Shown one piece after another: positions 12,975 to 28,850 of a stretch of DNA of 64,000 nt. This stretch comes from the human T2T-CHM13v2.0 reference genome, Homo sapiens. The DNA is taken from NCBI RefSeq assembly GCF_009914755.1, contig NC_060928.1; one strand, written 5' to 3'. Positions within the stretch are counted from its first letter, which is position 1; every line of letters starts with the position of its first letter. The position numbers and the translations under genes are program-made. The notes beneath the pieces were generated by a model. That model searched no databases. It worked only from the letters and a program-made list of their open reading frames with translations, and was not told the origin of the DNA.

Positions 12975-13738
12975 TGATTCCATATAAGAGCTTTTCCTAA
13001 ATGATAAGTGGAAGAATGTCCAAACTCCCAGGTGAAATTGTCATTACTATATGTTTCACATGTAACCTAGTCTAGTTACTTCAAACGTTACAGCAGTTGG
13101 GCCCATCTATGCAGGTTGACTATTGCAGTCCAGTTAGACAGCTTCCAAATTCCGCTGTTCTCTAAAGACCTGATTTAAAATATGCTGTTCATGTATTTCA
13201 ATACGTATTTGTAAAATTTTATTGCTCTCCCTTTCCTCTTAGTGCTTTGTGAGTCTCTTGTTGGAAGGACTGTCTTTAAATTAAAGCAATTAGAGTTACT
13301 TTATAAGATTTACCCAAATATAAGAGCTGAAGAGAATAATTCAAATTGATCAGAAGAAAATACTCAATTACTGACAAATGTCAATTACATCAATAGGTAA
13401 GTTATGGATTATATCTAATATTCAGTTTTAGAGCTAATAAAGTATAATACACTTCTGTAATTATCACCTTTTAAAAATTCACCACTCATGTCAATTTAAG
13501 ACAAACATTCTTTAAATGAAATTAAAACTCTTACTTTGGGATCACCATTTCACAGATACAGACATCCGGGTATAGATTACTTCAATGTTAAGTTTTACTC
13601 CAAATTATAAAATTTTCTTTTTTTAACCTATGTATTATGTTTCTTCTTTGCAATATGATTTATTTCTATACTTATTATTGATTTCTTTCTAATACACAAT
13701 GGAAACGATATAATTTTTATTTTTAAAAGTTTCAAATA

Positions 13739-14036
<298 letters not shown>

Positions 14037-14397
14037 TCAAATAACACAAAAATGTGTAATATAAAACATAATCACCTTCCACAATAATTTCTCCTCCTTC
14101 TCCCACCAGAAATAACTACCTTTGACTGCTTGATGCTTTGCCCTCCATATTCTTTTCTACACATATACTAACCTATATTATAATTTTTAGAATAAAATTA
14201 TATCTTAAAAATTACTCTGCCATTTTTCTTTTTAGTAAATCATTCTTAGATATCTGTGCCAATATTTGTATACTTAAATCCTTTTAAAAGCCTACATGAT
14301 ATTCTATTGTATGGATGTACCATAATGTATTTGACCCACTCCCTACTAATGTGTATATAGGTTGTGCCTACTCTTTTGTTACATGAGCTTCTTGAAG

Positions 14398-14422
14398 TGT
14401 GTGTGTGTGTGTGTGTGTGTGT
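14398..14422. repeat. (GT)n microsatellite
   Basis: Direct observation. Confidence 0.95.
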
Positions 14423-14719
14423 ATTTCCTTTACATTGGACCTCCTACCCTCTGGCAAAAGAAAAAAATTGGTGTTTTCTAGACCCAGGGCCACTTTCTTG
14501 CTTATTCTTTTTCATTTCGTCTGTTTTCTGTTTTCCAACTTCTAAGTCTTGTCCTTTCTTTCGGAATCTCCTCTTTTCATTCTCCTATTTTTTTCCCATT
14601 AAGCACAAAGGTCCCCTTCACACAATATCTCTGCCCTCTGGTACCAATATGCTCTCCCAATACTCTCCAACCCCAGTGGTGAAGAGAAAGAAGGACATAG
14701 TATTCAGTTTTTGATAAGA

Positions 14720-14880
14720 AACAAGAGGCCACTGCTGGCAGGGAGGCTTGTCAAGATCTCCCTCATTCCGAGCACTCCATTCCCACGTGAACAACAATGA
14801 ACGGAGATTTCACCCGCCCACCCCACATTGTTCAAGTTGTCCTTTGCCCTTTTCGTCAAAACTTGCCACCCAGGAGACAG
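14720..14880 (-). pseudogene. Pseudo-exon ASFDEKGKGQLEQ...*NLRSLLFTW...NEGDLDK
   Basis: FD-x-x-GKG-x-L EF loop followed by LRSLL helix; TGA at 14810-14812; splice sites unclear. Confidence 0.6.
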
Positions 14881-16364
14881 CAGAACATGTTCTGAATTCA
14901 ACCCTGGGGAGCCACCAATCAATATCACTTGACTCTTCTTACCCATTAGTTGTTCTCTTTCTATGCCTGATGTCGAGTGATGCCTAAGCTATTCTTTGTC
15001 ATGGCCCCTTCTTAGTTGGCCCAGCTAACCCCTATAGGGTGGGATGGCTATCTACATCCCCTAGGCAGAGCACCATGGATAGAGGAGAAAAGCGTGGACA
15101 AAGTACTCAGGTGTAGGCTCAAGGGATGTGGACAATTTAGCATGTTTTACCTCTTTATGATCTCTTTATGCATTATCTCTTTATGATCTGAGTTGCCAAA
15201 TACCAAGAATATTAACTACCTACTTAACTCACAAAATACTATAAGAATATGGTAATTTGTAAAGCACTTTGAAAATAGGATTCCAAAGGAACAAAGTATA
15301 TTATTTATATGTCTTTTCTCCCTTTTTAGTATACATATTTTATCTGACTTCCTTTTTTTATATTTACAACTCATTTGTGAAGCACAGACAATATATTCAT
15401 AATTATTTCTAATGAGAAACTTTTTTGGGGGAGTTTTTTCAGGGAATATGTTCAGAGAGGGAGAAAGACATGGCTATTGTCATTTTTTTCACCCTAGTTT
15501 TTAAAAATATTGCTTAAATTTCTTTTATATCTGAAACATTTATTGGAATGTTTTTATGATTATTGAGGCCTTAATTATAAGCAGCAACAATCAAATAAGC
15601 ATAAAAACTTTATAAGAAGTCTAAATTCCTGTCTGATAGTAAGAAAATTAGATACTTAGATATCAGTGTATTAAAGATTTGATGCTAAGTGCCAATTACC
15701 TTTAATAATCAAATAGTGGATTGTGGGAGGATCAGAGCAGATACGAACGTGACAAACTTCTCAGGATAAAGGTGTTTTAATGTTTTTCAGGCTTAAAAAT
15801 AAGAAACATTTTGGAAGCTTAAAGGAGACAAAATTTCAGAAAACTGTGGATTTCACTTCCTGTTATAGTTTATGATAAAAGAAAAGGCTGTAAAATTCTC
15901 TTTTAACTGTCATTTCTTAAAAGACTTGAAAGTCTTTTAACTATCTTTTAAATATTATTTTGCAATTAAAAAAAAAAAGAGCATTGACCTTTGTATAAGG
16001 GTTCCTTTTTCCCTTGGTTGAAAACAGCCCATTTCTAAGCACATATAACTATCACTTTCTTTCTAATTTACTCCTTCCTTCCGCAATGCAGTTGAATACC
16101 ATATTAATGCATTCGAAAACTAAATTATTGTTTTGGTGCTTGATTTTTAAAGGAGGAGGAAAACACAGATTTGTCTTTTTATTAATAAGTGCATAACTTC
16201 TAATAGGTTATGCACAGTCTTTTAATTCGTCTCAGTCTGACTAGTCAAGATCATCTGGATTTTCAAATGCAACAATTAACTGTAAAAAGGAAAATCCAAA
16301 GAGTCAGAATTCAGTGTAATTATACACTAGTGGACACTATATTGCTGATTAAAGCAGTTATAAC

Positions 16365-16526
16365 TTAATGATCTCTGAGCATTTGATGTTTGCTGTGCAA
16401 GTGACATCCACTCAGGGCATCAAGTAGAAGGAAGGGCCTTAGTGGAATGTGTGACTACTGATGTGAGACTGCCGAAGTCCCAAACTTGCAGCTTCAGTAA
16501 ACTAAAGGAACTTCACATCTGCCAAG
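16365..16526 (-). pseudogene. Possible pseudo-exon containing DVTCTANIKCSE
   Basis: Acceptor ttattttccag; 12-residue loop with D1, I8, E12; several upstream stops. Confidence 0.35.
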
Positions 16527-17326
16527 CTGGAAAATAACAATGCATTAAAGGTTTCAAAAGAGAGTTGGCATTAATTGTGTTAATCACTGGGATAAGATTC
16601 CAAATAATTACATGACTTTAATGAGGAGATCTGACATAAGTGGTAGCAAGATAAGTATTGATTACATGTGAAATGTTAGATCAAGCCTTAGCATAAAGTT
16701 TCAGGAAGTCACTCTCCAATATTCTTTAACAAAAGAAGGATCCCGTGAAACTCCAGCAGAGCATGTGATAAGCTGAATGTCCTGCTAACTGGTTAGATTA
16801 TCTGAAGCAGTTCTGCTTCTGAATGTGTTTAAATTGGTTCAGTTTGGCTTGGCTACTCTGACCCTCATAAAGTTATCAAGCCTATCTAGGGGATGAGGAA
16901 CTGGAGGCATGAACAGCCCCTGCCAAAATAAGTTCCAGACCTAATCTTTGTCCCCCATCCCCTCTCCTCAGCCCTCTACTCCCTCTACAACCTGCCAAAA
17001 TCAACATTCGTTATATCTAAAATCAAATGTCTATGATTTGATTTGTACATGTCCTGAACAGATACAGAATACTAATGAAGAACACCAGCTTTGGAATTAG
17101 ACCTAGCTTGGAATCACAGCTTAGCCACCTCTTTGTGTGATATTCATTGAGGTATTTAATTTCTCTGAACTCACTGTCCTTATCTGAGTATCTGAATACG
17201 AAGACAAAAATACCTGCTTCACACAGTTTCCATGAGGATTAATTATTTTAGCACAATGCCTGAAATGTAGCAGCCAAAGCAATGTAGTAGCCAATATTGT
17301 ACTATTTGGTTGCTTTAATGGCTTAA

Positions 17327-17672
<346 letters not shown>

Positions 17673-17959
17673 TAAAGAAAAAATAGAGTAGGAAGTAGAA
17701 TTAATACCTATTTCTTGTAAAGCATCTGCCTTTCCCACCAAAGAAGGACTTGGTGGATGATCTGTGAGAAACTGTGTAATATTATTACTATTAACACCAC
17801 TTAATTTTAGGAGAAAGGCTTTATAAGTGGGCACTCCTCTAAAATTCATCAGTTTCCTGTTGGATAACGTTTGTAGAATTTTTGGATGGCAACGAAATAG
17901 CTGTAAATGTATTCGCAGTTCACAGCACCATTTTAAAATGTAGTTTTCTTCAGTTTCAT

Positions 17960-18815
17960 CAAAATTAAATCTGCTTTTCAAAAGATACCACTAAGAGATT
18001 AAAAAAAGCAAGCTACAAACATACATATCTGGAAAAGGATATATCCAAAAAATATAAAGAACTCCTACAAATCAATGAGAAGAGAGACAACCCAGTTGAA
18101 AATAGACAAAGAATCTCATCAGATTCACAAAAGAAGATGTATGGTTGCCAGTAAACTCATAAAAAGTCACCAGGGAATGCAAATTAAAACCACAATAAGT
18201 AATTACTCTATACACCCATGAAAATGGCTAAAGTTAGAAAGCCTGAGGTGCTAGAGAGGCTGTGAAGCAATTGGATTCTCATACTTTACTGGCAGGAACG
18301 TAAAATGTTAGAACCACGATAGAAACAGTTTGGCAGTTTCTTATAAATTAAACACATGATTACCATCCAACCCAACAATTCCACTCCAAGCGAGTTACCC
18401 AAAATAAATGAAAACATGTCTACACAAACACATATATGGGAATGTTTATAGCAGTTTTGTCCAAAGTAGCCTAAAACTGTAAACAGCCCAAATGTTGAAC
18501 AGATGAATATATAGACACATTGCGGCACATACATAGGAGATTAAATATTACCTAGCACTAACACACGGCTGGCACACTATGCATGAATCCCAAAAACATG
18601 CTGCCTGAAAGAAGCCAGACGGCAAATCATTCATATTGTATGATTCCATTTATACATGAAATTCTAAAAAGGGGAAATCTGCCAGGGGGCAGAGAGGAAC
18701 TGACCACAAGGGAACAAGAGGGAACTTTCTGGGGTGCTGGAAATGTCCTTTTTCTTGATTGTGGTGGTGGTTACACAGATGTACACATTTTTTCAAAACT
18801 CATTAAACTGTACAT
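17960..18815 (+). mobile_element. Old L1M 3' fragment
   Basis: aaagaactcctacaaatcaat...atgcaaattaaaaccacaat...attccactcc...gattccatttata. Confidence 0.8.
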
Positions 18816-18841
18816 TTTTTCTTTTCTTTCCTTTCCTTTCC

Positions 18842-19145
18842 TTTTTTTTTTTTTTTTTTTTTTTTGAGATAGAATCTCACTCTGTTGCCCAGGCTGGAGT
18901 GCAGGGGAGCAATCTTGGCTCACTGCAACCTTCACCTCTGGGTTCAAGCGATTCTCCCACCTCAGCCTCCCAAGTAGATGGGACTACAGCCACATGCCAC
19001 CATGCCCAGCTACTTTTTGTATTTTTAGTAGAGAAGGGGTTTCACCATGTTGGCCAGGCTGGTCTCAAACTCCTGATATCAGGTAATCTGCCCACCTCAT
19101 CCTCCCAAAGTCTGGGATTACAGGCATGAGCCACGGCGCCCAGCC
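18842..19145 (-). mobile_element. AluS inserted in L1
   Basis: Full dimer; flanking aactgtaca repeat. Confidence 0.93.
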
Positions 19146-19192
19146 TGAACTGTACACTTAAAATGGCTATATATAGATTGTATGTATATATG

Positions 19193-19880
19193 TGTAGTAA
19201 AGAATTTAAATTTACACCCAAAGAGTTCTGGCCTTTGCCCTCAGCTTCTGGGTGGTAACATCTAAGCCCTTGGATGTCATAGGAGATAGGAGCGTCTTTG
19301 TTTACCTGGGGGCCTTGGATTATGCTAGTAGTCTAACAATGTCATGTAAGGTGGGATCTAGCCATGCCAGATAGTATTTAGGGTGGGGATGATCCCATCA
19401 GAAAGATCAACAATGGGATGTAGGGTGGGGGTTTGAGTCACACAGTATCAGCTTGCCAGAGTCGGAGATCAGCCACACAGGCCATCAATCACACCTGCAT
19501 AATGGAGGCCCATGAAAACATCCCTACTTGGCAATACTCCACGCGTATTGTTACAGACACACACTGAGAAAATCACGTCTAAGACTCCATGGGGAGAGAA
19601 CAACACAAGCTCTATGTTGGTTGTTTTTCCTGGATTCTGCTCTTTGTGCTTCTTCCCTTGGCTGATTTTAATCTGTAACCTTTCCCTGTAATAAACCATA
19701 ACTGTGAGTATCACAGCTCTCAGTGAGCTCTGTGAGTCCCTCTAGTGAACAACTGAACTCAAGGGCGGTTTTGGGACCGGTCCCCCAAACCTGCGATTAG
19801 TGTCAGGAGAGCAGTGGGTCTTATAGAGGGCTGGGTTCCCTCTAACTTTGCGGTTACCTAAACCCCCAAGGAGATGTTTC
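19193..19880 (+). mobile_element. MER21-like LTR
   Basis: ttttaatctgtaacctttccctgtaataaaccataactgtgagtat signature. Confidence 0.75.
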
Positions 19881-20138
19881 TAAACTTTAGCAGTATGATA
19901 TCTCAATAAAGATTATTTTTAACGTATGGTCATTTGTTTCTCATAGTACACAATAATATGTGTGTAGGTGTGTGTGTGCACGCATGTGTGTGTGAGTATA
20001 CATATATACCCCCGATGGACCACTGTGCTTTTAATATTAGGAAAGAAAGAATCTCTCAAATAGGCAATTTTGAAGCCATCTTAATATTCTATACTCTAAA
20101 GTTTAAAGGTATAAATTGTTCTTTATAAACTTAGAAAA

Positions 20139-20468
<330 letters not shown>

Positions 20469-20899
20469 TCAACTAACTAGCAGATGTTATCTAGGCAAAG
20501 TGGGATGAGATAAGCAAAACAGGGCCTGCTATTTATCATTCTCTGTAGATATTTAAGTGGTACAATTAGGGGTCATTTTGGTCTTTTTTGTGTTTTTCAG
20601 GATTTCTCTAATTAATGAAAATATATACTGGGAAAATGTAGACGTTTTAAATTTTATTCCTCGAATTTCTCCTTTCGGATAAGAAAACTGTATAAACACA
20701 GAAGAGAAGGCAGTACTCTGAAGTTTTCAGCAAATTTAATTGCAAGAGTCCAGTCATCTTATTGTAGCTCCCTCTGCAGCCAATTGTGTGATTCCTTCCC
20801 TCCTTTTTGTTGTCTTTCCCTTTCTACAGACATTTATTGAGCACTTGCTAGGTTTCAGGCTCTCAGCTGTGTTGCTTTGGGAACAGAGTAGTTTAGCAG

Positions 20900-21020
20900 T
20901 AGCCCTGTTCTCTACCTAATAGATGCCAGCACCCTGCCCCCAGTGTGACAGCCAAAAATGTCTCCAAACATTGCCAAATGTGCCCTGTGGGCTAAATCTC
21001 CCCCAGGTGAGAACAACTGT
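20900..21020 (+). mobile_element. MER20 fragment
   Basis: tagatgccagcacc...aaaaatgtctccaaacattgccaaatgt. Confidence 0.8.
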
Positions 21021-21921
21021 TTTAAGAAAACAAATTTCTAGATCATCAGCTCATATACATATTCTTTCCTAAAATTAACCTGCGCCCATTATGTTAAAAT
21101 TAACAAGATTTCATTAGGCTGGATCTCCTCTTCCTGTCTCTTCTTTTACAAGCAACCTTCTCCTACTTTACAAAAGGCCCCCTCTTTCCCATCCAGAATC
21201 TTACTGCAGTGCACTGCCTGGGAGTGTAAGAATCCTGGGCCCCAAACAATGAAAACTTCTAACCCCCTAAGCTGACTCATTCAGGAATGCATTTCCAATT
21301 AATTTCACTTTTTGTTATAACTATTTATCAAAAGTAATACGTTTATGGTGTTGGATAACTGTATGTTAGTAAAATTTTGACGTTCAACACCTTTGGTCAC
21401 GAGAAATAAAAAATAAAGTATCTATATACATACTGTTGTTGCAGAGAAGTACAATAGGGTGATCACAGCTTTTTGATTATAAAATATTTTATATTAGTAT
21501 AAAATTCTGTAGAGGAGATAAAATGGAAAATGAGATTCAAGGAAAAAAGGAGTAATATAAAGCATCCAACTATGAAAGATGAGCTTGTTTCAGAATTTTT
21601 AAAAACAGATGATGGTGGTTATCGACCCCTATAATGTTTTGTATTCTATTAGATGTATGTAAAGATTGATATAACAATTTTATTTTAAAGTTTCTACAGT
21701 ATGCCAAAAGTTACATCTCCTCGGTTATTTAAACTTTTGTTGAAATATATGTAAACTTAAAAGTTTGTGGGTGATGCACATGTTTTCAAAATGATTCTAG
21801 GGGTACATGAGTAAAAGGTTTAAAAGTTGCTCACAATAGCTGTAAACTATTAATTCATTTGGCAATCAGTGAAAAAAAAAAAAAAAAAAAAAAATGCAAT
21901 GCTCAATCTAAACCAAGGACA

Positions 21922-21940
21922 CTCTGCCACCTGGTGGCTT
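21922..21940 (-). promoter_or_regulatory. CTCF-like motif
   Basis: Minus strand reads GCCACCAGGTGGCAG, matching core CCASYAGRKGGCR. Confidence 0.6.
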
Positions 21941-22565
21941 AGAGATTTTCATAGTCACCCAGCAGGAATCAAAAGCTCTCTTACTCCAACCATGTATGAT
22001 AATGATAATGAACTGATTAATAATATGTAGAATCAGAGATTATTTGATGATAAGAGATATTCATACAGAGAAGGAAATAAAATGATGAATTTTTAATATT
22101 ATAATTTCAAATTCAGGAAATTACCATTTGTAGTTTTTTTACTGGCTGGGTTAATACCTAAAATCTCTCACCTAATTTCAGCCTAGGCTGCTCTTGAACT
22201 CCTGGGCTCAAACGATCCTCCCCTGTCGGCCTCCCAAAGTGCTGGGATTACAAGCTTGAACCACCATGCCCAGCCTCAGAAATTTTTTAAATGACAGCTC
22301 ATACAGTTTTCTTTTATAAAGGTAAGTAAAACAAACAAAGAAAAATATTGATCATTTTGTAGTGAAGAGACAGAAAAAAATTTATTTCACTTAACGGCGC
22401 TGTAGAAAAGTGAAATGACCAAAGATTCCATTATTTATATAGTACTTCATTGAAAAATAACATATATGTAAATTCTTATTACCTGCTTTCAAGAATTTAC
22501 ATGTATGTTATTTTTGAAATTCTATTGACCAATGATGTGTTATTTTAATTTGTTAATCTTTCTGT

Positions 22566-22567
<2 letters not shown>

Positions 22568-22599
<32 letters not shown>
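22568..22599. repeat. (CA)n microsatellite
   Basis: Direct observation. Confidence 0.95.
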
Positions 22600-22603
<4 letters not shown>

Positions 22604-23449
22604 AAAAGAAAAAGAAAAAGAAAAATGGACCTTGTCATGGTAAATCCAGGTGCTATAGTTCTAACTTCCTGAAAATTATTCAACAGTTCCCTCAAATTAC
22701 ACACACAAAAAATAGATTTTTTAAATGGTCCGATTTCTAGCATAAGTGAGTCAACTTATATGAGCATTTTTCTACTGTATTGTATAGACAAGTTGGCACA
22801 GGCAGAAGAAAAATATCTTCTCAAGATGCAGCTTCACAATCTTCAGAGTTATTGATAACATACAAACCAAACTACAGATGATTTCAGAACTCTCCATCAC
22901 TTTAACAGAAGTGTCAACTAAAGTATATTTATATCATATCTCTATCAAAAATATTTCTAATTTAATAGACACTTAAATAATGATTGGTTTTGTAATTCCC
23001 TTGAGGAGGAAGTAACCAGTATAGAAACAAACAGAAAGTAGAACATTCACCTTCATCAAATACCTACTGGAAAGTGGTCAAGAATTAGAGAAAATCGTAA
23101 TGAAACAAATTTGCCAATTTGACTTCAATTGTGGTTAAGGTAGAGATGGGGCTGATTCTTCTTTCATTACAAAACCTATTTTAAAATGTAACATTAAATA
23201 ATATTACTTAATGTCTCTGGGTGAAGACAGCATGTTATAAAGTCAGGAATCCAGCCTCAGCTTTTTCCTCTTTTTTAATTGAAAACTTCACATTTTTAAA
23301 TTCTTTGCTTTACCTTGATTAATTTTCCCATTCTTTGGACTTCTAAATGAAAACAAGAACTCTTCTAGAATTCGGAGGGTTTTTTGTTTATTTGCATTAT
23401 GGGTGATACTTAAAAGAAAAAACTCAATATTTATTTAAATATCTTAATA

Positions 23450-23451
<2 letters not shown>

Positions 23452-23488
<37 letters not shown>
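23452..23488. repeat. (GT)n microsatellite
   Basis: Direct observation. Confidence 0.95.
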
Positions 23489-23489
<1 letters not shown>

Positions 23490-24849
23490 TAACTTTAGTC
23501 CAAAGCTGGGCTAATGTTGATATTAGCTGCTTTATGTTAATATCGGCATTAATGGCATTAAGAAAGTAAGTCCAACCAGGGAAGGTGTCATGTCTTTTTT
23601 TCTTTCTCCCTCCTTCTAAGTCCACTGCCATACTTTGAATTTAGTTGGTACTCAGTAAATAAATTAATTGAATAAAATGAATAAATAAGATTATGCCCAA
23701 ACAAGCTGGGGAAATCATTAGATCTCAATTTGGTTCCCCTTGGTTAATATTAACATTATCCAACGTAACTTTACATACAGCTTCCTCTGAGTTGTTTTGG
23801 GTTTTTAGCTATTTTGATTAGTATTTGGTTTAGTCAGTTAAAAACGATAGTTTACAATTTAGCAAAAATAAAACTACTTTTTAGTGGTAGTAATATATAG
23901 GTCCAATTGAGAGCTTACATGCTAGTAGCCTATTGATGGCACCTGGCCTGCAGATGTGTTAAATATTAGCATTTTAAATAAGGAAATTTCATATAAAATC
24001 TGTATTTTTAGCTCTCTGTGAAAATCAGCAGATATGTGAATATCTGTAATCCCCAATAGCAGCCATTGGTAGGGCTGATGCCATTACTCTCTTCAGAAGA
24101 GGCAGAGTTGCCACAATCCCCACTACTCTTTATTATTTCCCCATAATTAAGGCCAAATGTTGGATGCAACTTACTAGTCACTTGGTAGTTGAGAAATATT
24201 TCCTAGTTACTATGTTTTTATCAAAAGAGATTAAATGAGACACATGGTTCTAGAAAAATGGAGGAAAGACTGTTTCTTTCAGGAAGCTAAGAATATTGCT
24301 GTGTGTTTAATCTTTGAACTACAGCCTGCTTCAATCATTTACATTACTTGCCTGGCTCATGCAGAAATTTGAAGTTGTGACCCTCTGGGATAGCTAACAA
24401 GAGGAGCTTGGTCATTTAATAGCACATAATTCCAGTTAAGCATGAATATGTGTGTGTAAACATGAGTATAACCAGGCCTTTAAGGCATAGTTCAGCTCTA
24501 AATGGGGGCTAACATTACAAAAACATACTTGCAAAAATATTTAAGCAAATTTTGAAGAGTAGTAAAGATGCCTAGCCCTGCCAGATTGTACAACACAAAG
24601 TGTCACACTGCACAGGACTAGACATTGCAGAAAGTCCAGAAATAGACTCCAGTATATATAGAATTTAGTATATGATTAAGTTAGCATAGTCAAATGAAAA
24701 AAGTAAAATACAAAAAAGTACATATTACCATGTATCCATAGTGCATGTTGCCATATAGAGGAGATAATATTTTAAAGTTATTAGTGGATTCTTCTATTTA
24801 CCTTTTCTGAGCACAAGCCTAGAGCACTTAAAGCATAGTCCTGTCCAGG

Positions 24850-25415
24850 GGAAAGAGCAGGGTCTGTTTCAGGCGGTAGATGCTGCTGTTTCTTACTCCA
24901 CAGCCATCAACCTCCCACTTCCTCCAAGGCAGCAGATCCTGCTTCCCACAGCAGAGGCTGTGGAAACGCCTGGCACTCTCCTTCCCAGTGTTCCTTCCAA
25001 CTCCGGGCATATGGCAAGGTTAGGGATGACATGAAATAGAGGAGTCTGCTGGGACAGCTTCTGGAAAGGTTTTCACTCTGATAAGAAGAGGAGAGACCTG
25101 AGGAGTTGTCTGTCCGCCCCGAAGGCGCCCCTTTCCCCTGCCTGCTGATGAGGCTGCCTGCTGAAGGGATGCCTGGAGCAGCTGCAGCTTCCCCCAGGCC
25201 TGGGGGCTGAGCCGGACCATGAGAAGCCAGCATGCTGAGGATGGTGGAGCACAGGGCAGCTGGAGGCTGGGTGCTTGGTGGCCTTTTGGAGTTGCCAAAC
25301 CAACCCTGGAGCCTGGAGCCCCAGCACTGTTGTCATTTGAGATGATCAGTGTCTTCATTGTTTAAGACACTTTTAGTTGGATATTGTCACTTGCAGCCAA
25401 GAATCTTTAAACTTA
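24850..25415 (+). mobile_element. Old LTR (MLT1/ERVL type)
   Basis: 3' end ttgtttaagacactttt...gtcacttgcagccaa. Confidence 0.5.
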
Positions 25416-25725
25416 CACATTGTGGAAGGAATGCCTAAAGAAGGACTGAAGCAATTTTCAATCACCGATATCTGAAAATAGAGCTTTACTGAGAAAAAGG
25501 AAAAGATTCAGACTCCTTTATCTGCCCCTTGAGTATACAAGCACCTAAGCCTCGGGACTCATACATGTTGGATTCTCTCGCACAGTAAAGAAAATAACAC
25601 TCTAGTCAGTGACAGGCCATGCTTTGTTTTGTTTTTAAATACATCCAGGAGGGATGGTGAAGAAAGTAAGTGCAAGCAACAGTAAGGGCAGAGAGAGAAG
25701 CTGCACCCTCCCAAAGCGCTCTGCC

Positions 25726-25829
25726 TGGGGCTCTGGGGAGGACAGCCTCGTGGGGCTCTGGGGAGGACAGCCTCGTGGGGCTCTGGGGAGGACTGCCTCG
25801 TGGGGCTCTGGGGAGGACTGCCTCGTGGG
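25726..25829 (+). repeat. 25-bp G-rich minisatellite, 4 copies
   Basis: Unit tggggctctggggaggac(a/t)gcctcg. Confidence 0.97.
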
Positions 25830-26452
25830 TGTCCCATTCCAACCCAGCACAGCCACGGTGAGACACGCTTTAGTTGTGCATTGTGATGAAGAGGAAGAAG
25901 CACCCACGCCTAGCTTTCCTGAGCTGCTCTTGGGTCCCTGTGCTGACTAGCCCTGGCTGGGAAGCTGACCAGGGGCAGTTGCTGTGGCCAGGGCAAACTG
26001 GCTCTGTGGAGGGCTGCAGAAAGACCACCTGAGTAGGGTTGAATGGAGGCTTCCCCAGACCCAGAAGGGTGGCAGGGCTGTCAGGAGTCTGGCTGAGGTC
26101 AGGGCAGCCAGGAAGACCCACCAGGAGCATTGTCCCCACACAAGACCCCGACCTCCACACTCAACTTCAGCACCAGGAGTCTTCAGGGTGTCCTTGATGG
26201 CTAGAGAGCATTGCCCAGGGGCCGGGGAAGCCAGGGAATAGCAGACAGACACCCAGTAGATGCGAGAATGTTGGCTTCCAGGCCATACAGCTGCACCGCG
26301 TCCCTGCCTCTCCTCATTGAGAGGAGCAGGGTGAAGGACAAGCTCTCTGGGAGATTGACCCTTTCCTCCAAGACAGGCCGAACCCCCCCTCCCCACTAAA
26401 GCACAGCTGAAACTACCAGGCAGACTGAGATTTAACCAAGATCAGACACTGA

Positions 26453-26742
<290 letters not shown>

Positions 26743-28415
26743 GAGTTATTATTATTTTTTAATTTTTTGCCGCTAGTCTGTGGGTGGGGGTGGCAGAGAG
26801 GTAAGGTGAGGATGGAGTTAGAAACAAGGCTAGATTAGTCACAGAAAAAGCATACATTTTATTACCACATTTAAGTTGTGAACAAAAGGTATACCTTTGT
26901 TCTACGTACTGTCCACTTTTTGCAATTGGCATAGCTTATCATGAGTGCATATTACTTTATCAATTAAAAAAAGCAGTAAAAGCATATGAAAGTAAATGTC
27001 ATGAAAAGTACAAATAAATAGTGGGCAGATGACTAATAATTAAACTCTAAGAGAAATATTTTTAAAAACCCATGGGGGGCCAACCAAGAGATGTTGTAAC
27101 TTGAAAACCACATCCAGCAGGTAAAATTAAATGAGGGGCAAAGAGAAGCACCATGATCCCATGAGGTCACTGAGGCGCAGGGAGGAACGCCTGGCTGCCA
27201 AGCAGTGCTCTGGACCATCGCCGTGGGTGTCAGTGAACCTCCCTGTAACATCTGGTTGAGGAGACAGGCAGTGGAGCCCCGGGGGCACACAGAAGGGCTC
27301 TGGCACCAGCCTGCTTTGGTTTGAATCTGCGCTGCCACTTACTAGCTCATGACTTTGTTAAGTTACTTAACCATTCTTTCACTCAATTTCGTCATATGTC
27401 ACTTGAGAATAATAAAGTTAATTCATTCGTCATAGGGTTACCACAAGGATTAAATGTAAAGCCCTCAAAATTGCTCTTGGCCCACAAGAAGAATTTGGCT
27501 ATTACCGTTACTTCTGGAATTGACTGAGAAAAGAAAAGATGCTGAGTTTCCCACCTTCTATGCTTAGAGAACCACCATCTCTTGTCTTGGGGCCAGCCAT
27601 CTCCCCACAAAGGGGCCAGTCAGCAGAACGAGCATCAACACCTCCCCTCTCACCCAGTCTTATTGGGGTGGGGGTAGGGAGGGGCCAAGAAGATGGCCTG
27701 GGAAGCTGTGGCAGTCCAGCAGCAGGGCATCCAGACATCCCATTTCCTGGCTCCGCAGCAGCCTGGCCATGAGGCTCACTCGCAAGAGTAGGGAGAGGTC
27801 AGGGGGCATGGTTAGGGGAAGGAGGTGGCACCTGCAACTCCCGGCTCTGAGCAGTAGATGGTCTTGCGCATGCCTCCAGACCCCTCACCTGGGAGCTCCG
27901 GAAAGCAGAGAAAGTTGGGGGCACATAATCACCTTGTGCTGTAATGCATATGCTACATTACTGGAAAAACTCAAGTAAAATCTGTAAATGCGATATTAAT
28001 ACACCAGGCTGAAAATACACTCGGTCTTTGAGAGTTTACAGTTTAGAAACAATTATAATAGGGTATGGAGTGGGTGCTGTGAGAGAGTCAGGGAGGAGAG
28101 GAGGCATCTAGGTCAGATGGAAGAATGCAAGAAGGCTCTCTGAGGAGGCGACACTTAGACTGAACTTAAAGGATGAGTGTGAGTGAATGAGAAAAAAGGG
28201 AGGAGCATTTCAAGAACAGCACATGAAGGGAACTGGAGGCAAGAAACAGCACAGTGCATCTTAGAGCTTGTATGTGGTTTGGAGAGGCTGAGATGGAAGG
28301 TGGATGTGCGGGGGTGAAGGGAGACGAGGCTGGAGAGGAAGGCCATACCCAGAGAATGCAAGACCTGGCATGCATGCCAAAGGGTTCTAATCATATTTGC
28401 AGTTTCGAAGGGTCA

Positions 28416-28850
<435 letters not shown>

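Noticed and set aside
15917-15940. 11-bp-arm palindrome (also 10-bp arms at 42998-43020)
   Set aside because: AT-rich short inverted repeats are common; no supporting context
22630-22920. EF-like words (LRELLNNF, LEKIFFFCL)
   Set aside because: Too short, with no consistent splice structure
25726-25829. CRISPR-like array
   Set aside because: Head-to-tail repeats without spacers in primate DNA; a minisatellite
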